NCBI GenBank assembly: GCA_035549805.1
Contig: DASZQH010000361.1
Span: 1 to 45,909, forward strand
DNA length: 45,909 nucleotides
Source of the DNA: Burkholderiales bacterium
GTDB lineage: Bacteria > Pseudomonadota > Gammaproteobacteria > Burkholderiales > SG8-39
Direction of reading: 5' to 3'
The notes under the pieces are model-generated. The model searched no databases and had not been told where the DNA came from. It saw nothing but the letters and a program-made list of their open reading frames with translations. Below, piece after piece: positions 1 through 10,098 of the stretch. Position numbers and translations under genes: made by a program. Every line of letters starts with the position of its first letter. The first letter of the stretch is position 1.

Positions 1-37
1 AAGGCGAGCAGGGATCCTTCTTCGGCCATTTTCCCCG

Positions 38-913
38 CTACGCTGATACCGTCTCCCGCTTGCCCGCGCGCATCACCTTGCGCTTGAAGTCCTGGTAGAG
101 CTGGTACATGCGGCGGAACGCCGGCCCCGGCCGGCCGTCGCCCACCTCGCGGCCGTCCAGCTCGACGATCGGGAAGACTTCCTTCGACGAGGACGTCACC
201 CAGACCTCGTCGGCGCCGCGCACCTCGGCTTCCGTGACCTCGCGCAGCTGCAGCGCGACGCCGTTCGCCTGCGCGAGCTCGACCACCACGTCGTACGTGA
301 TGCCCGGCAGGATCAGGTTGCCCTTGGGCGGCGAGACGACGGTGCCGTTCTTCACGATGAACACGTTCGACGCGGAGGCCTCGGTCAGTCTTCCGTCGCG
401 GAACAGGATCGTTTCGGTGGCGTTCGCCTCGGCCGAGAGCTGGCGCAGCAGGCAGTTGCCGAGGAGCGAGATCGACTTGATGTCGCAGCGCAGCCAGCGG
501 TTGTCCTGCGCGCTGATCGCGCGGCCGCCCTTCTCGACCTGCTCCGGCGGCGGCGGCACGAGCGGGTTGGACATGACGAACACCGTCGGCTCGACGTTCT
601 TCGGGAACGCGTGGTCGCGCTTCGCGACGCCGCGCGTCACCTGGAAGTACACGCTCTGGTCGTCGAACGACTGCGCATCCACGATGCGGTAGACCACGTC
701 GCGCCACTGCGTGCGCGTGAGGGGGTTGCGGATGCCGACGGCGTCGAGGCTGCGCTCCAGGCGCGCGAGGTGCTCCTCGAGCCGGAACGCGACGCGCGAG
801 TAGACCGGCACCACCTCGTAGACGCCGTCGCCGAAGATGAAGCCGCGATCGAGGACGGGGACCTTCGCTTCCTCGATGGGCAGGACCTTGCCGTTCAGAA
901 AGACCATGCTCAT
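38..913 (-). CDS. dat: D-amino-acid aminotransferase (class IV PLP aminotransferase)
   Basis: 291-aa ORF with ATG start. Motifs DRGFIFGDGVYEV, YFQVTRG, RWLRCDIKS and SNVF..ILPGIT align along the full length with Bacillus-type Dat. Confidence 0.9.
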   Translation of the reverse strand: MSMVFLNGKVLPIEEAKVPVLDRGFIFGDGVYEVVPVYSRVAFRLEEHLARLERSLDAVGIRNPLTRTQWRDVVYRIVDAQSFDDQSVYFQVTRGVAKRDHAFPKNVEPTVFVMSNPLVPPPPEQVEKGGRAISAQDNRWLRCDIKSISLLGNCLLRQLSAEANATETILFRDGRLTEASASNVFIVKNGTVVSPPKGNLILPGITYDVVVELAQANGVALQLREVTEAEVRGADEVWVTSSSKEVFPIVELDGREVGDGRPGPAFRRMYQLYQDFKRKVMRAGKRETVSA

Positions 914-926
914 GGGTGAACCTTTC

Positions 927-2051
927 TTACTTCAGCCACAGCCTCAGTGTATCCCACGCCCGACCGACGAGGCCCGCGGCGGCGACCGGCTCGAGCGCGA
1001 CGACGGGGTACTCGCCGAGCGGCTTCCCGTCGTGCGTCACGCGCAGCGTGCCGACGCGCTGGCCCGCGGCCACCGGCGCGACGAGCGGCTGCTGCGACAG
1101 CAGCTCCGATTTCAGCTTGTCCGCCTCGCCCTTCGGAATCGTGATGACGAGATCGTTGCGGAAGCCGGCCTTCACGGCGCCCGTGGCGCCTTTCCAGACC
1201 TCGAGCGAGCGCACCGCGTCGTTCGCGCCATGCAGCTTCACGCTGTCGAAGAACTGGAAGCCCCAGTTGAGGAGCTTCTGCGACTCCTGCGCGCGCGTCG
1301 ATTCCGACGTCGAGCCGAGCAGCACCGAGAGCATGCGCCGCTCGCCGCGCTTGGAGGAGGCGACGAGGCAATAGCCGGCCGCCTCGGTGTGGCCGGTCTT
1401 CACGCCGTCGACCGTCGGGTCGAGCCACAGCAGCCGGTTGCGGTTCGGCTGGGTGATGTTGTTGTACCGGAACTCCTTCTGCGCGTAGTACTGGCCGTAG
1501 TAGTCGGGGAAGTCGCGGATCATGGCCGCGGCGAGCAGCTGCAGGTCGCTCGCGGTACTGTAGTGCTGCGGGTCGGGCAGGCCCGACGCGTTGCGGAAGC
1601 TCGAGTTCTTCATGCCGAGCCGCTGCGCTTCGCGGTTCATCATCTGCACGAAGACCTCCTCGTTGCCCGCGACTGCCTCGGCGAGCGCGATGCAGGCGTC
1701 GTTGCCCGACTGCACCACCATGCCGCGGATCAGCTCGTCGACGCCGACCTGCGTGCCGACGCGGATGAACATCCGCGAGCCCGGCGCGCGCCACGCCCGC
1801 TCGGAGACTAGGATCTTCTGCTCGAGCGCGAGCTTCTTGTCGCGCAGCGCCTGGAACACGACGTAGGCCGTCATGATCTTCGTCAACGAGGCGGGCTCGA
1901 TGCGCTCGTCGGCCTTTTCCGCCGCGAGCACCTGGTTGCTGGACAGGTCGACGACGACCCAGGAGCGGCCGACGACCGACGGCGGCTGCGGTGCCGCCGC
2001 GTGTGCGGCGCTCGCGAGAGCGAGGAGGAGAATCAGGAAGGAGCGGTGCAT
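927..2051 (-). CDS. dacC: D-alanyl-D-alanine carboxypeptidase (low-MW PBP5/6 class)
   Basis: 374-aa ORF with an N-terminal signal peptide (MHRSFLILLLALASAAHAA). Has the SxxK motif (SLTK), the SGN motif and a PBP5 C-terminal domain. Confidence 0.9.
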   Translation of the reverse strand: MHRSFLILLLALASAAHAAAPQPPSVVGRSWVVVDLSSNQVLAAEKADERIEPASLTKIMTAYVVFQALRDKKLALEQKILVSERAWRAPGSRMFIRVGTQVGVDELIRGMVVQSGNDACIALAEAVAGNEEVFVQMMNREAQRLGMKNSSFRNASGLPDPQHYSTASDLQLLAAAMIRDFPDYYGQYYAQKEFRYNNITQPNRNRLLWLDPTVDGVKTGHTEAAGYCLVASSKRGERRMLSVLLGSTSESTRAQESQKLLNWGFQFFDSVKLHGANDAVRSLEVWKGATGAVKAGFRNDLVITIPKGEADKLKSELLSQQPLVAPVAAGQRVGTLRVTHDGKPLGEYPVVALEPVAAAGLVGRAWDTLRLWLK

Positions 2052-2101
2052 AGGCCTGCCGAAAAGGGGCGGATTATACGGACACGACTGTTACGCGTGC
2101 C

Positions 2102-2902
2102 TTAGCGGACGACGACGAAGCCCTTCAGGCTGAGGAGCGATTCCAGCCGCTCGGCGATCGCGCGCGCGGCATCCTGCGTGCCGTAAGGGCCGACGTGCAG
2201 GCGCCACAGGTTGTTGACCGAGATCACTTCGAGGCTTTCCGCCGGCAGCTCGGTCGCCACGCGCGCGCGCAGGTCCTCCGCGTTGTTGCGCACGGAGAAG
2301 GCGCCGACCTGGATGTAGACGTTTCCCGCCTGCTTCTTCTCCGCTTCCCCGGGCAGGACGCTCTCCACCTCGACGCGCGCGCTGCCGGCCTGCACGTATC
2401 CCAGGCGGTGCGCGGCGGCATAGGAGAGGTCGATGATGCGATCGGCGTGGAACGGGCCGCGGTCGTTGATGCGGACCACCACGCTGCGCCCGTTGGCGAG
2501 GTTGGTGACGCGCGCGTAGCTCGGGATCGGCAGCGTCTTGTGCGCGCCGGTCATGCGGTACATGTCGTAGACCTCGCCGCTCGAGGTCTTCTGGCCGTGG
2601 AACTTCTTGCCGTACCAGCTCGCGATGCCCTGCTCGCGGTACGGCTGCACGGTCGACATCGGCGTATAGCCGCGTCCGAACACCGTGTAAGGCCGGTTCG
2701 CCCAGCGATGCATCGGCTCGGCGCGCGGCTCGGCATCGGGGATCTCGGACAGGTTCGGCGGCGGCTGGTCGCCCGGCCCGTCGTCCTTGTAGTACCCGCC
2801 CGGCCGCCTCGGCTCCTGCGGCGCCTGCACGGTGTCGGTCCGCTCGGGCGTCGACGAGCAGGCGCCCAGCAACAGCAGGACGGGAAGCGCCGCTTTCCTC
2901 AA
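2102..2902 (-). CDS. rlpA: Septal ring lytic transglycosylase RlpA (lipoprotein with DPBB and SPOR domains)
   Basis: The C-terminal 266 aa of track ORF 2102..3265 hold the DPBB core (GIASWYGKKFHGQKTSSGE..VRINDRGP) and a SPOR domain. The lipobox LLGAC follows M(TTG)RKAALPVLL. The TTG start at 2902 overlaps the upstream stop. The upstream part of the ORF is Arg-rich junk. Confidence 0.85.
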   Translation of the reverse strand: MRKAALPVLLLLGACSSTPERTDTVQAPQEPRRPGGYYKDDGPGDQPPPNLSEIPDAEPRAEPMHRWANRPYTVFGRGYTPMSTVQPYREQGIASWYGKKFHGQKTSSGEVYDMYRMTGAHKTLPIPSYARVTNLANGRSVVVRINDRGPFHADRIIDLSYAAAHRLGYVQAGSARVEVESVLPGEAEKKQAGNVYIQVGAFSVRNNAEDLRARVATELPAESLEVISVNNLWRLHVGPYGTQDAARAIAERLESLLSLKGFVVVR

Positions 2903-4158
2903 GCTTCGTGGACCACGTTGCCGGCGACGATCGTGTAGCGCACGCGCCCGGTGAGCGAGTACCCCATGAAGGGCGTGTTCTTGCCCTGGCTGCGCAGCGA
3001 TTCGGGCGTGAGGCGGAACTCCGCCGCCGGATCGAACACGGCGAGGTCCGCGGGGGCGCCGGGCGCGAGGCGTCCGGTGGCGACGCCGAGCACGCGCGCC
3101 GGCTCCGAGGTGATGCGCGCCAGCGTCTGCGCGAGCCCGAGCTTCTGCGCCGCGCCCCACTTGAGCGCGAGGGGCAGGAGGAGCTCGAGGCCGGTCGCGC
3201 CGGGCTCGGCCTCGGCGAACGGCAGGTGCTTGCCATCCTCGTCGACCGGCGTGTGGTCGGAGCACAGGACGTCGATCGTGCCGTCGGCGAGGCCGCGGGC
3301 GAGCGCGTCGCGGTCGCGCTGGCTGCGCAGCGGCGGCTCGAGCCGGCAGTGCGAGTCGAAGTAGCCGAGGTCCCTGTCGGAAAGAAGCACATGGTGGATG
3401 GCGACGTCGCAGGTCACGGGCAGGCCTTCGGCCTTCGCGCGCCGGATCATCTCCACCGCGCCGGCGGTGGAGAGGCGGCAGACGTGGATGCGCGCGCCGG
3501 TGGCGCGCACGAGCTCGAGCAGCGTGCCGAGCGCGATCGTCTCGGCGAACGGCGGGATCGCCGGCAGGCCGAGGCGCGTCGCGACGTCGCCGTCATGCGC
3601 CACGCCGCCCTTCGAGAGCCAGACGTCCTCGACGCGCAGCCAGACCGGGAAGCGGAACGTCGCCGCGTACTGCAGCGCGCGCCACAGCACCTGCGTGTCG
3701 GCGAGCGGCGAGTTGCCCTGCGAGAAGGCGACGCAGCCGGTCTCGGCGAGCTGCCCCATTTCGGTGAGCCGCTCGCCCTCGAGCTTCACGGTGAGCGCGC
3801 CCACCGGATAGACGCGCGCGCGGGTGAGCGCCTTCGCGCGCCGGCGCAGCATGTCCACGAGGCCCGGCTCGTCGAGCGGCGGATCGGTATCCGGCGGGCA
3901 GGCGAGGCTGGTCACGCCGCCCGCCACCGCCGCGGCCATCTCCGACTCCAGCGTCGCCTTGTACTCCTGTCCCGGCTCGCGCAGGCGCGCCGCGAGGTCG
4001 ATGAAGCCCGGCGACACGACCAGGCCCTTCGCATCGATCACGCGGTCGGCCTTCTCCGCCTTCTCCGCGATCTTTCCGTCCACGATCCACACGTCCCCCA
4101 CGCCGTCCCGGCCGGTGGAAGGGTCGACGACGCGTCCGCCCTTGACGAGGAGCTTCAT
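2899..4158 (-). CDS. pyrC': Dihydroorotase-like protein, probably the non-catalytic ATCase partner (PyrC')
   Basis: True start is [11 protein letters not shown] at 4158, where the ATG shares one nt with the pyrB TGA. Amidohydrolase fold, but the zinc-binding HxH after GFID reads GFIDLAARL. Confidence 0.85.
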   Translation of the reverse strand: MKLLVKGGRVVDPSTGRDGVGDVWIVDGKIAEKAEKADRVIDAKGLVVSPGFIDLAARLREPGQEYKATLESEMAAAVAGGVTSLACPPDTDPPLDEPGLVDMLRRRAKALTRARVYPVGALTVKLEGERLTEMGQLAETGCVAFSQGNSPLADTQVLWRALQYAATFRFPVWLRVEDVWLSKGGVAHDGDVATRLGLPAIPPFAETIALGTLLELVRATGARIHVCRLSTAGAVEMIRRAKAEGLPVTCDVAIHHVLLSDRDLGYFDSHCRLEPPLRSQRDRDALARGLADGTIDVLCSDHTPVDEDGKHLPFAEAEPGATGLELLLPLALKWGAAQKLGLAQTLARITSEPARVLGVATGRLAPGAPADLAVFDPAAEFRLTPESLRSQGKNTPFMGYSLTGRVRYTIVAGNVVHEA

Positions 4159-5108
4159 CAGTTCCCCGCCACGATGGACATCACGGCCATGCGCACCGCG
4201 ATGCCGAAGGTGACCTGCGGCAGGATCACCGAGTGCGGGCCGTCGGCGACGGTGGAATCGATCTCGACGCCGCGGTTCATCGGCCCGGGGTGCATCACGA
4301 TGGCGTCGGGCTTCGCGAGCGCGAGCTTGTCGGCGGTCAACCCGTAGTGCTTGTTGAACTCCTGCGCCGAAGGCAGGAGCGCGCCGCGCATGCGCTCGTT
4401 CTGCAGCCGCAGCATCACGATCACGTCTGCGCCGCGCATGCCTTCGCGCATGTCGTGGCAAACGCGCACGCCGAGCGCCTCGACCCCGGCGGGCAGCAAG
4501 GTCTGCGGCCCGATCACGCGCACCTCCGGCGCGCCGAGGATCTTCAGGCCGTGGATGAGCGAGCGCGCGACGCGCGAGTGCAGGATGTCGCCGACGATCG
4601 CCACCGTCAGCCCGGCGAACTCCTTCTTGTAGTGGCGGATGGTGAAGAGGTCGAGCAGGCCCTGCGTCGGGTGCGCGTGGCGCCCGTCGCCGGCGTTCAC
4701 CACGTGCTCGTGCGGCTTGACGTGCCGCGCGATGAGGAACGGCGCCCCCGACGCGGCGTGGCGCACGATGAAGATGTCGGCCTGCATCGCCGACAGGTTC
4801 GCCACCGTGTCGAGCAGCGACTCGCCTTTCGTCTGCGACGAGGCCGCGATGTTGAGGTTGATCACGTCCGCCGAGAGGCGCTTCGCCGCGATCTCGAACG
4901 TGGTGCGGGTGCGCGTGGACGGCTCGAAGAACAGGTTGAACACGCTCTTGCCGCGCAGCAGCGGTACCTTCTTCACCTCGCGCTCGGTTACGCCGCCGAG
5001 CGATTCCGCGGTGTCCAGGATCTGCACCAGGATCTCGCGCGGCAGACCCTCGATGGAGAGCAGGTGCTGCAGCTCGCCGTTGGCGTTGAGCTGCGGGTTA
5101 CGCTGCAC
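4158..5108 (-). CDS. pyrB: Aspartate carbamoyltransferase catalytic subunit
   Basis: 316 aa with the STRTR, HPTQ and HPGP motifs. Sits in the pyrR-pyrB-pyrC' order. Confidence 0.95.
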   Translation of the reverse strand: MQRNPQLNANGELQHLLSIEGLPREILVQILDTAESLGGVTEREVKKVPLLRGKSVFNLFFEPSTRTRTTFEIAAKRLSADVINLNIAASSQTKGESLLDTVANLSAMQADIFIVRHAASGAPFLIARHVKPHEHVVNAGDGRHAHPTQGLLDLFTIRHYKKEFAGLTVAIVGDILHSRVARSLIHGLKILGAPEVRVIGPQTLLPAGVEALGVRVCHDMREGMRGADVIVMLRLQNERMRGALLPSAQEFNKHYGLTADKLALAKPDAIVMHPGPMNRGVEIDSTVADGPHSVILPQVTFGIAVRMAVMSIVAGN

Positions 5109-5604
5109 GGTCGCCCTCCAGGACGAGCGCGAGCCTGCCGTCGTCGCCGCGCTTGAGCGTGAGGCGCTGCCCGGCGGGCACCTCGACCTGCGAGCCGACG
5201 TGCTGCGCGCAGATCGGCAGCTGTCGGCCGCCGCGGTCGGCGAGGACCACCAGCCGGATGCTCGCCGGCCTTCCGTAGTCGAACAGCTCGTTCATCGCCG
5301 CGCGCACCGTGCGCCCGCTGTAGAGCACGTCGTCGACCAGGAGGATCTCCGCGCCGTTCACGTCGAACGGGATCCTGGTGCGCTTCGGATCGTGCTTGAG
5401 CCCGCGCGCCGCGTAATCGTCGCGGTAGAACGCGATGTCCATGAGGCCGAGGGGCTGGGCGATCTCCAGCCGCTTGTGGAGGCGCTCCGCCAGCCAGGCG
5501 CCGCCGGTATACAGGCCGACCATGGCGGTCTTCGCGCCCACGAGCGGCTTGAGCTCGCGCAGCAGCGCCTCGCAGAGGCTTTCGGCGTCAGGCAGCCTGG
5601 TCAA
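5098..5604 (-). CDS. pyrR: Bifunctional pyrimidine regulatory protein / uracil phosphoribosyltransferase PyrR
   Basis: 168 aa with the PRPP-binding motif [13 protein letters not shown]. Overlaps the pyrB start by 11 nt. Confidence 0.9.
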   Translation of the reverse strand: MTRLPDAESLCEALLRELKPLVGAKTAMVGLYTGGAWLAERLHKRLEIAQPLGLMDIAFYRDDYAARGLKHDPKRTRIPFDVNGAEILLVDDVLYSGRTVRAAMNELFDYGRPASIRLVVLADRGGRQLPICAQHVGSQVEVPAGQRLTLKRGDDGRLALVLEGDRAA

Positions 5605-5974
5605 AGTACTGCTCCAGGATGAGCTGCGCGGCGACCGAGTCCACGTTCTTCCTTTTCTGTCCCTTCAGCATGCTTTCCGCGGCCACGGAGGTGAAGCGCT
5701 CGTCGACGCGCGCCACCGGCAGGCGATAGCGGCCCTCGAGCTGGCGCGCGAACCGCTCGACGCGCTTCGCGAGCGGATGCTCGCCCTGCTCCGCGACCGG
5801 CAGCCCGACCACGAGCCGCCCCGGGCGCCATTCGGCGACGAGCTTCTCGATCTGCGGGAAGCCGCTCACCGCCGGCAACGGGTGCGCCGTGCGCGTCTCG
5901 GCCTCCCCGACGGCAACGCCGATGCGCTTGAGACCGAAATCGAAGGCGAGGACCGTGGCATGCCGGTCAGGCAT
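5588..5974 (-). CDS. ruvX: Holliday junction resolvase-like protein YqgF/RuvX
   Basis: Internal ATG ([23 protein letters not shown]) of track ORF 5588..6097. Typical YqgF N-terminus, about 128 aa. Overlaps the yqgE stop by 8 nt. Confidence 0.85.
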   Translation of the reverse strand: MPDRHATVLAFDFGLKRIGVAVGEAETRTAHPLPAVSGFPQIEKLVAEWRPGRLVVGLPVAEQGEHPLAKRVERFARQLEGRYRLPVARVDERFTSVAAESMLKGQKRKNVDSVAAQLILEQYFDQAA

Positions 5975-6542
5975 GCCCTGCCTCGTCCTGCAGGCGCGCG
6001 AAGTCGACGCCGAGGAGCTCCATCGCGGCGGGCAGGCGTTCCTCCGCCGGGGTCTCGAACAGGATGCCGTCGCGCGCCTCGACCGTGAGCCAGGCATTCT
6101 GCGAGATCTCGTGCTCGAGCTGGCCGGCCGACCAGCCCGCGTAGCCGAGCGTGACCAGCATGCGGCGCGGGCCTTCGCCGCGGCCGACCGCCTCGAGGAT
6201 GTCCTTCGACGTCGTCAGGCCGATGCTCTCGCCCACGCGCAGCGTGGACTGCCAGTTGCCCGCCGGCTCGTGGAGCACGAAGCCGCGATCGGTCTGCACC
6301 GGGCCGCCGAAGTAGATCGGGGCGGCGGCGAACTCGCCGTGGCGCAGCTCGAGGGACAGGCGCTCGAACAGCGCCTGCAGCGTCATGTCGATCGGGCGGT
6401 TGACCACCACGCCGAGCGCGCCCTGGTCGTTGTGCTCGCAGACGTACGTCAGGGATCTTGCAAAGTACGGATCGGCCATGTTCGGCATGGCGATCAGGAA
6501 GTGATGCGTCAGATCGATCGAGGACATGCGCCCACCCGGCAT
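5967..6542 (-). CDS. yqgE: YqgE/AlgH family protein (UPF0301)
   Basis: 191 aa with [17 protein letters not shown] and VCEHN..GALG motifs. An alternative start MSSIDL at 6527 is possible. Confidence 0.85.
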   Translation of the reverse strand: MPGGRMSSIDLTHHFLIAMPNMADPYFARSLTYVCEHNDQGALGVVVNRPIDMTLQALFERLSLELRHGEFAAAPIYFGGPVQTDRGFVLHEPAGNWQSTLRVGESIGLTTSKDILEAVGRGEGPRRMLVTLGYAGWSAGQLEHEISQNAWLTVEARDGILFETPAEERLPAAMELLGVDFARLQDEAGHA

Positions 6543-6585
6543 TTTACCGCAGGAGTGGGTTGGAGCCTGCGCGGCGCGGAAAGTT

Positions 6586-6771
6586 TTAGATCTCCGTCAT
6601 TTCGAAGTCTTCCTTGCGCGCGCCGCACTCCGGGCAGGTCCAGTTCATCGGCACGTCTTCCCAGCGCGTGCCCGGCGCGATGCCCTCGTCCGGCAGACCC
6701 TTCTCCTCGTCGTAGATGAAGCCGCAGATGAGGCACATCCAGGTCTTGTACTGCACGGTGTTCTCGGTCAT
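6586..6771 (-). CDS. rubA: Rubredoxin
   Basis: The last 61 aa of track ORF 6586..7527, [23 protein letters not shown]...[14 protein letters not shown], carry two CxxCG knuckles. ATG at 6771. Confidence 0.9.
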   Translation of the reverse strand: MTENTVQYKTWMCLICGFIYDEEKGLPDEGIAPGTRWEDVPMNWTCPECGARKEDFEMTEI

Positions 6772-6822
6772 TTGCGCGGAGATCTCGGGGCTCGCCAGTA
6801 AAATCCGGGGCGATAGTAACCC

Positions 6823-7596
6823 ATGTCGCGCACCGCCCCGCCCCCGCTCGTCCTCGCTTTCGCCGCTTCGGATCCCACCGGCGGCGCCGGCATCCAGGCG
6901 GACATCCTGACGCTCGCGGCGCGCGGCTGCCATCCGCTCAGCGTCATGACCGGCGTCACGGTGCAGGACACGCACGGCGTGCGGCAGATGCGCGCGCTCG
7001 ACGCGGATCTCGTCGCGGCGCAGGCGCGCGCGCTGCTCGAGGAGCTGCGCGTCGCGGCGTTCAAGCTCGGCGTGCTCGCCTCGGCGGCGAACGCCGCGGC
7101 GATCGCGCGCATCCTCGGCGAGCATCCCGCGGTGCCGGTCGTCGTCGATCCGGTGCTCGCCTCCGGCCGCGGCGATGCGCTCTCGGACGACAATCTCGTC
7201 GCCGCGCTGCGCGCGGACATCCTGCCGCGCGCGACGGTGCTCACGCCGAACAGCCTCGAAGCGCGGCGCCTCGCCGGCCTCGAGGACCTCGCCGCGTGCC
7301 CCGCGCGCCTGATCGAGATGGGCTGCCGGCACGTGCTCGTTACGGGAACGCACGAGGACACCGCAGAGGTGGAGAACGTTCTCCATGGCGCCGGCGGCGT
7401 CCTGCGCAGCCATCGCTGGCCGCGCCTGCCCGCCAGCTATCACGGTTCGGGATGCACCCTCGCTTCGGCGCTCGCCGCGGCGCTCGCGCACGGCCTGCCG
7501 GTCGAAGACGCCGCCTACGACGCCCAAGCCTATACGTGGAAGACGCTCGAGAACGGGTTTCGCCCCGGCACCGGGCAGTTCCTCCCCCGTCGATGA
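6823..7596 (+). CDS. thiD: Hydroxymethylpyrimidine / phosphomethylpyrimidine kinase
   Basis: 257 aa with [17 protein letters not shown] and GSGCTLASA motifs. Confidence 0.9.
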   Translation: MSRTAPPPLVLAFAASDPTGGAGIQADILTLAARGCHPLSVMTGVTVQDTHGVRQMRALDADLVAAQARALLEELRVAAFKLGVLASAANAAAIARILGEHPAVPVVVDPVLASGRGDALSDDNLVAALRADILPRATVLTPNSLEARRLAGLEDLAACPARLIEMGCRHVLVTGTHEDTAEVENVLHGAGGVLRSHRWPRLPASYHGSGCTLASALAAALAHGLPVEDAAYDAQAYTWKTLENGFRPGTGQFLPRR

Positions 7597-8198
7597 AGCG
7601 AGGCCTCTACGCGATCACGCCGGACATCCCCGACCGGCGCAAGCTGCTCGACATGGTGCTCGCTGCACTCGAGGGCGGGCTTGCCGCGCTCCAGTATCGG
7701 TGCAAGTCCCTCGAGCCTTCGCACCAGGTGAGCGAAGCAAAGGCCCTGGCGGCTGCCTGCCGTGCCAGAGGGGTGCCTTTGATCTTCAACGACAATCTCG
7801 AGCTGGCGATGGCGGCCGGCGCCGACGGCGTGCACCTGGGCAAGGACGACGGCGATGTCGCGGCGGCGCGCGCGAAGCTGAAAGGCAAGCTGCTCGGCGT
7901 TTCCTGCTACAACTCCCTCGAGGCAGCGGCCTCGGCCGTCAGGGCGGGCGCGGACTACGTGGCGTTCGGCAGCGTGTTCACCTCGTCGACCAAGCCGAAC
8001 GCCGTGCGCGCCGAGCTGTCGCTCTTCGCGGACGCTCGTGCGCTCGGCGTGCCGCTGTGCGCCATCGGCGGCATCACGCTGCAGAATGCGCCGCAGCTCG
8101 TCGCGGCGGGCGCGGACCTGCTCGCCGTCATCACCGATCTCTTCGATGCGCCCGACATCACCGCGCGGGCGCGCGATTACGCGAGGCTCTTTCCATGA
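7593..8198 (+). CDS. thiE: Thiamine-phosphate synthase
   Basis: Internal ATG ([11 protein letters not shown]) forms an ATGA overlap with the thiD stop. Motifs [14 protein letters not shown] and IGGI are present. Confidence 0.9.
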   Translation: MKRGLYAITPDIPDRRKLLDMVLAALEGGLAALQYRCKSLEPSHQVSEAKALAAACRARGVPLIFNDNLELAMAAGADGVHLGKDDGDVAAARAKLKGKLLGVSCYNSLEAAASAVRAGADYVAFGSVFTSSTKPNAVRAELSLFADARALGVPLCAIGGITLQNAPQLVAAGADLLAVITDLFDAPDITARARDYARLFP

Positions 8199-9472
8199 AG
8201 AACGAGACACTCTTCGAGCGCGCCCTGCGCTCGATTCCGGGCGGCGTGAACTCCCCCGTGCGCGCCTTCCGCGCCGTGGGCGGCACGCCGCGGTTCTTCG
8301 AGCGCGCCGCCGGCCCGTACCTCTGGGACGCCGACGGCCGGCAATACATCGACTACGTCGGATCCTGGGGGCCGATGGTCGCCGGCCACAACCCGCCGTC
8401 GGTGGTGGCGGCCGTGCAGGCGGCCGCCGCCCGCGCGCTTTCGGTCGGCGCGCCGACCGAGGCGGAGATCGAGCTCGCCGAGCTCGTCTGCCGCCTCGTG
8501 CCGTCGATCGAGATGGTGCGCTTCGTCTCGTCGGGCACCGAGGCGACGATGACCGCGATCCGCCTCGCGCGCGGCTACACCGGACGCAACGCGATCGTGA
8601 AGTTCGACGGCTGCTACCACGGGCACGCGGACCCGCTGCTCGTGAAGGCCGGCTCCGGCGCCCTCACCTTCGGCAACCCGAGCTCGGCGGGCGTGCCGGC
8701 CGATACCGCCGCGCACACGGTGGTCCTGCAGTACAACGACGCGCAGTCGGTGCGCGATCTCTTCGCCGCCCGGGGGCGGGAAATCGCCTGCATCATCGTC
8801 GAGCCGGTCGCGGGCAACATGAACCTCGTCCTGCCAGCGCCGGGCTTCCTCGAGACGCTGCGCGAGCAGTGCGAGCGCCACGGGGCGCTGCTCGTCTTCG
8901 ACGAGGTGATGACCGGCTTTCGCGTCGCGCAGGGCGGCGCGCAGGCGCGCTTCGGCATCCGCCCCGACCTCACCACGCTGGGCAAGGTGATCGGCGGCGG
9001 CATGCCGGTCGGCGCCGTCGGCGGACGTCGCGACATCATGGAGAAGCTCGCCCCGCTCGGTCCGGTGTACCAGGCCGGAACGCTCTCCGGCAACCCGGTC
9101 GCCGTCGCGGCCGGCCTCGCCACGCTGCGGCTCGTCCAGGAAGCCGGCTTCCAGGAGCGCGTCGAGGCGACGACGCGCTCGCTCGTACAGGGGCTCGCGG
9201 GCGAGGCGCGCAACGCCGGCGTGAAGTTCTCCGCGCAATCGATCGGCAGCATGTTCGGCGTGTATTTCTCCGAGCGGCCCCCGTCGTCGCTCGCCGAAGT
9301 GATGCAGACGGACCGCGAGCGCTTCAACCGGTTCTTCCACGCGATGCTCGAGCGCGGCGTCTACCTCGCGCCTTCGGCGTACGAGGCAGGCTTCGTCTCG
9401 GCCGCCCACGGGAAAGAGGAGATCGACAAGACGCTCGCCGCGGCGCGCGGGGCATTTGAAACCTGCCGGTAG
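8195..9472 (+). CDS. hemL: Glutamate-1-semialdehyde 2,1-aminomutase
   Basis: [26 protein letters not shown]-terminus and the class III aminotransferase motif [15 protein letters not shown] overlap with the thiE stop. The upstream 270 codons of the track ORF are artefact. Confidence 0.95.
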   Translation: MKNETLFERALRSIPGGVNSPVRAFRAVGGTPRFFERAAGPYLWDADGRQYIDYVGSWGPMVAGHNPPSVVAAVQAAAARALSVGAPTEAEIELAELVCRLVPSIEMVRFVSSGTEATMTAIRLARGYTGRNAIVKFDGCYHGHADPLLVKAGSGALTFGNPSSAGVPADTAAHTVVLQYNDAQSVRDLFAARGREIACIIVEPVAGNMNLVLPAPGFLETLREQCERHGALLVFDEVMTGFRVAQGGAQARFGIRPDLTTLGKVIGGGMPVGAVGGRRDIMEKLAPLGPVYQAGTLSGNPVAVAAGLATLRLVQEAGFQERVEATTRSLVQGLAGEARNAGVKFSAQSIGSMFGVYFSERPPSSLAEVMQTDRERFNRFFHAMLERGVYLAPSAYEAGFVSAAHGKEEIDKTLAAARGAFETCR

Positions 9473-9519
9473 CACAAACCTTGCTTGATGCGGGTTGTCC
9501 AACGAGGGCACAGGGGCCC

Positions 9520-10098
9520 ATGACAACGACTCGCATTCCCGTCCGGCAGCTTTCCCGTCTCGACCGCACCGCGATGGAGCGGCATCTTCTCGCACTCGAG
9601 GCGGAGGACCGCCGGCTGCGCTTCGGCATCTTCATCGGTGATCCAGCCGTGACGGAGTATGTCGCGCGCATCGACTTCGACCGCGACGCCGCATTCGGCG
9701 TCTTCGACGACGACCTCGCGCTTCTCGGCGCCGCCCATCTCGCGCGCGGCGGCCGCCACGCCGAGCTCGGGGTCTCGGTGCTTCCCGGCCAGCGCGGCCA
9801 GGGGATCGGCGGCGCACTCCTCGAGCGCGCGCACCTGCACGCCCGCAACTGGGGCGAGCGCGCGCTGTTCATGCACTGCCTCGCCGAGAACGGCGCCATG
9901 ATGCACCTCGCCCGCAAGCAGGGCATGGCGATCGGCATGGGCGGCGGCGAGGCTGACGCCTGGCTCGAGCTGCCGCCGGCCGACGCCGCGACGCATTTCG
10001 GCGAGGTGTTCGCGCAACGCGTCGCGCTGTTCGACTACGCGCTCAAGTCCCAGCTCTCGACGGCACGCCGCCTCGCCGCCGCGCTCGCCGAGAAATGA
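9520..10098 (+). CDS. GNAT family N-acetyltransferase
   Basis: ATG at 9520 (MTTTRIPV) lies downstream of a GAGGG. Acetyl-CoA-binding-like motif QRGQGIGGALLERA. Specific function unknown. Confidence 0.7.
   Translation: MTTTRIPVRQLSRLDRTAMERHLLALEAEDRRLRFGIFIGDPAVTEYVARIDFDRDAAFGVFDDDLALLGAAHLARGGRHAELGVSVLPGQRGQGIGGALLERAHLHARNWGERALFMHCLAENGAMMHLARKQGMAIGMGGGEADAWLELPPADAATHFGEVFAQRVALFDYALKSQLSTARRLAAALAEK

Noticed and set aside
1-29. Possible 5' end of another minus-strand gene (ATG at 29-27, MAEEGSLLA..), perhaps a DUF493/YbeD-like protein downstream of dat.
   Set aside because: Only 9 codons lie inside the window, which is far too little to support a call.
6772-6822. Possible TPP riboswitch upstream of thiD-thiE.
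   Set aside because: The intergenic region is only 51 nt and lacks the THI-box (CUGAGA .. ACCUGA) elements. It is too short for the aptamer.
7385-8194. Long N-terminal extensions of track ORFs. Examples: hemL from 7385, mpl to 17193, mtgA to 11550, rlpA to 3265, pyrC' to 4461, rubredoxin to 7527, comM to 25700 and prmA from 19514.
   Set aside because: The extensions overlap other well-supported genes and are Arg/Pro-rich. The homologous N-termini begin at internal ATG/GTG/TTG codons, which often form ATGA/GTGA overlaps with the upstream stop.
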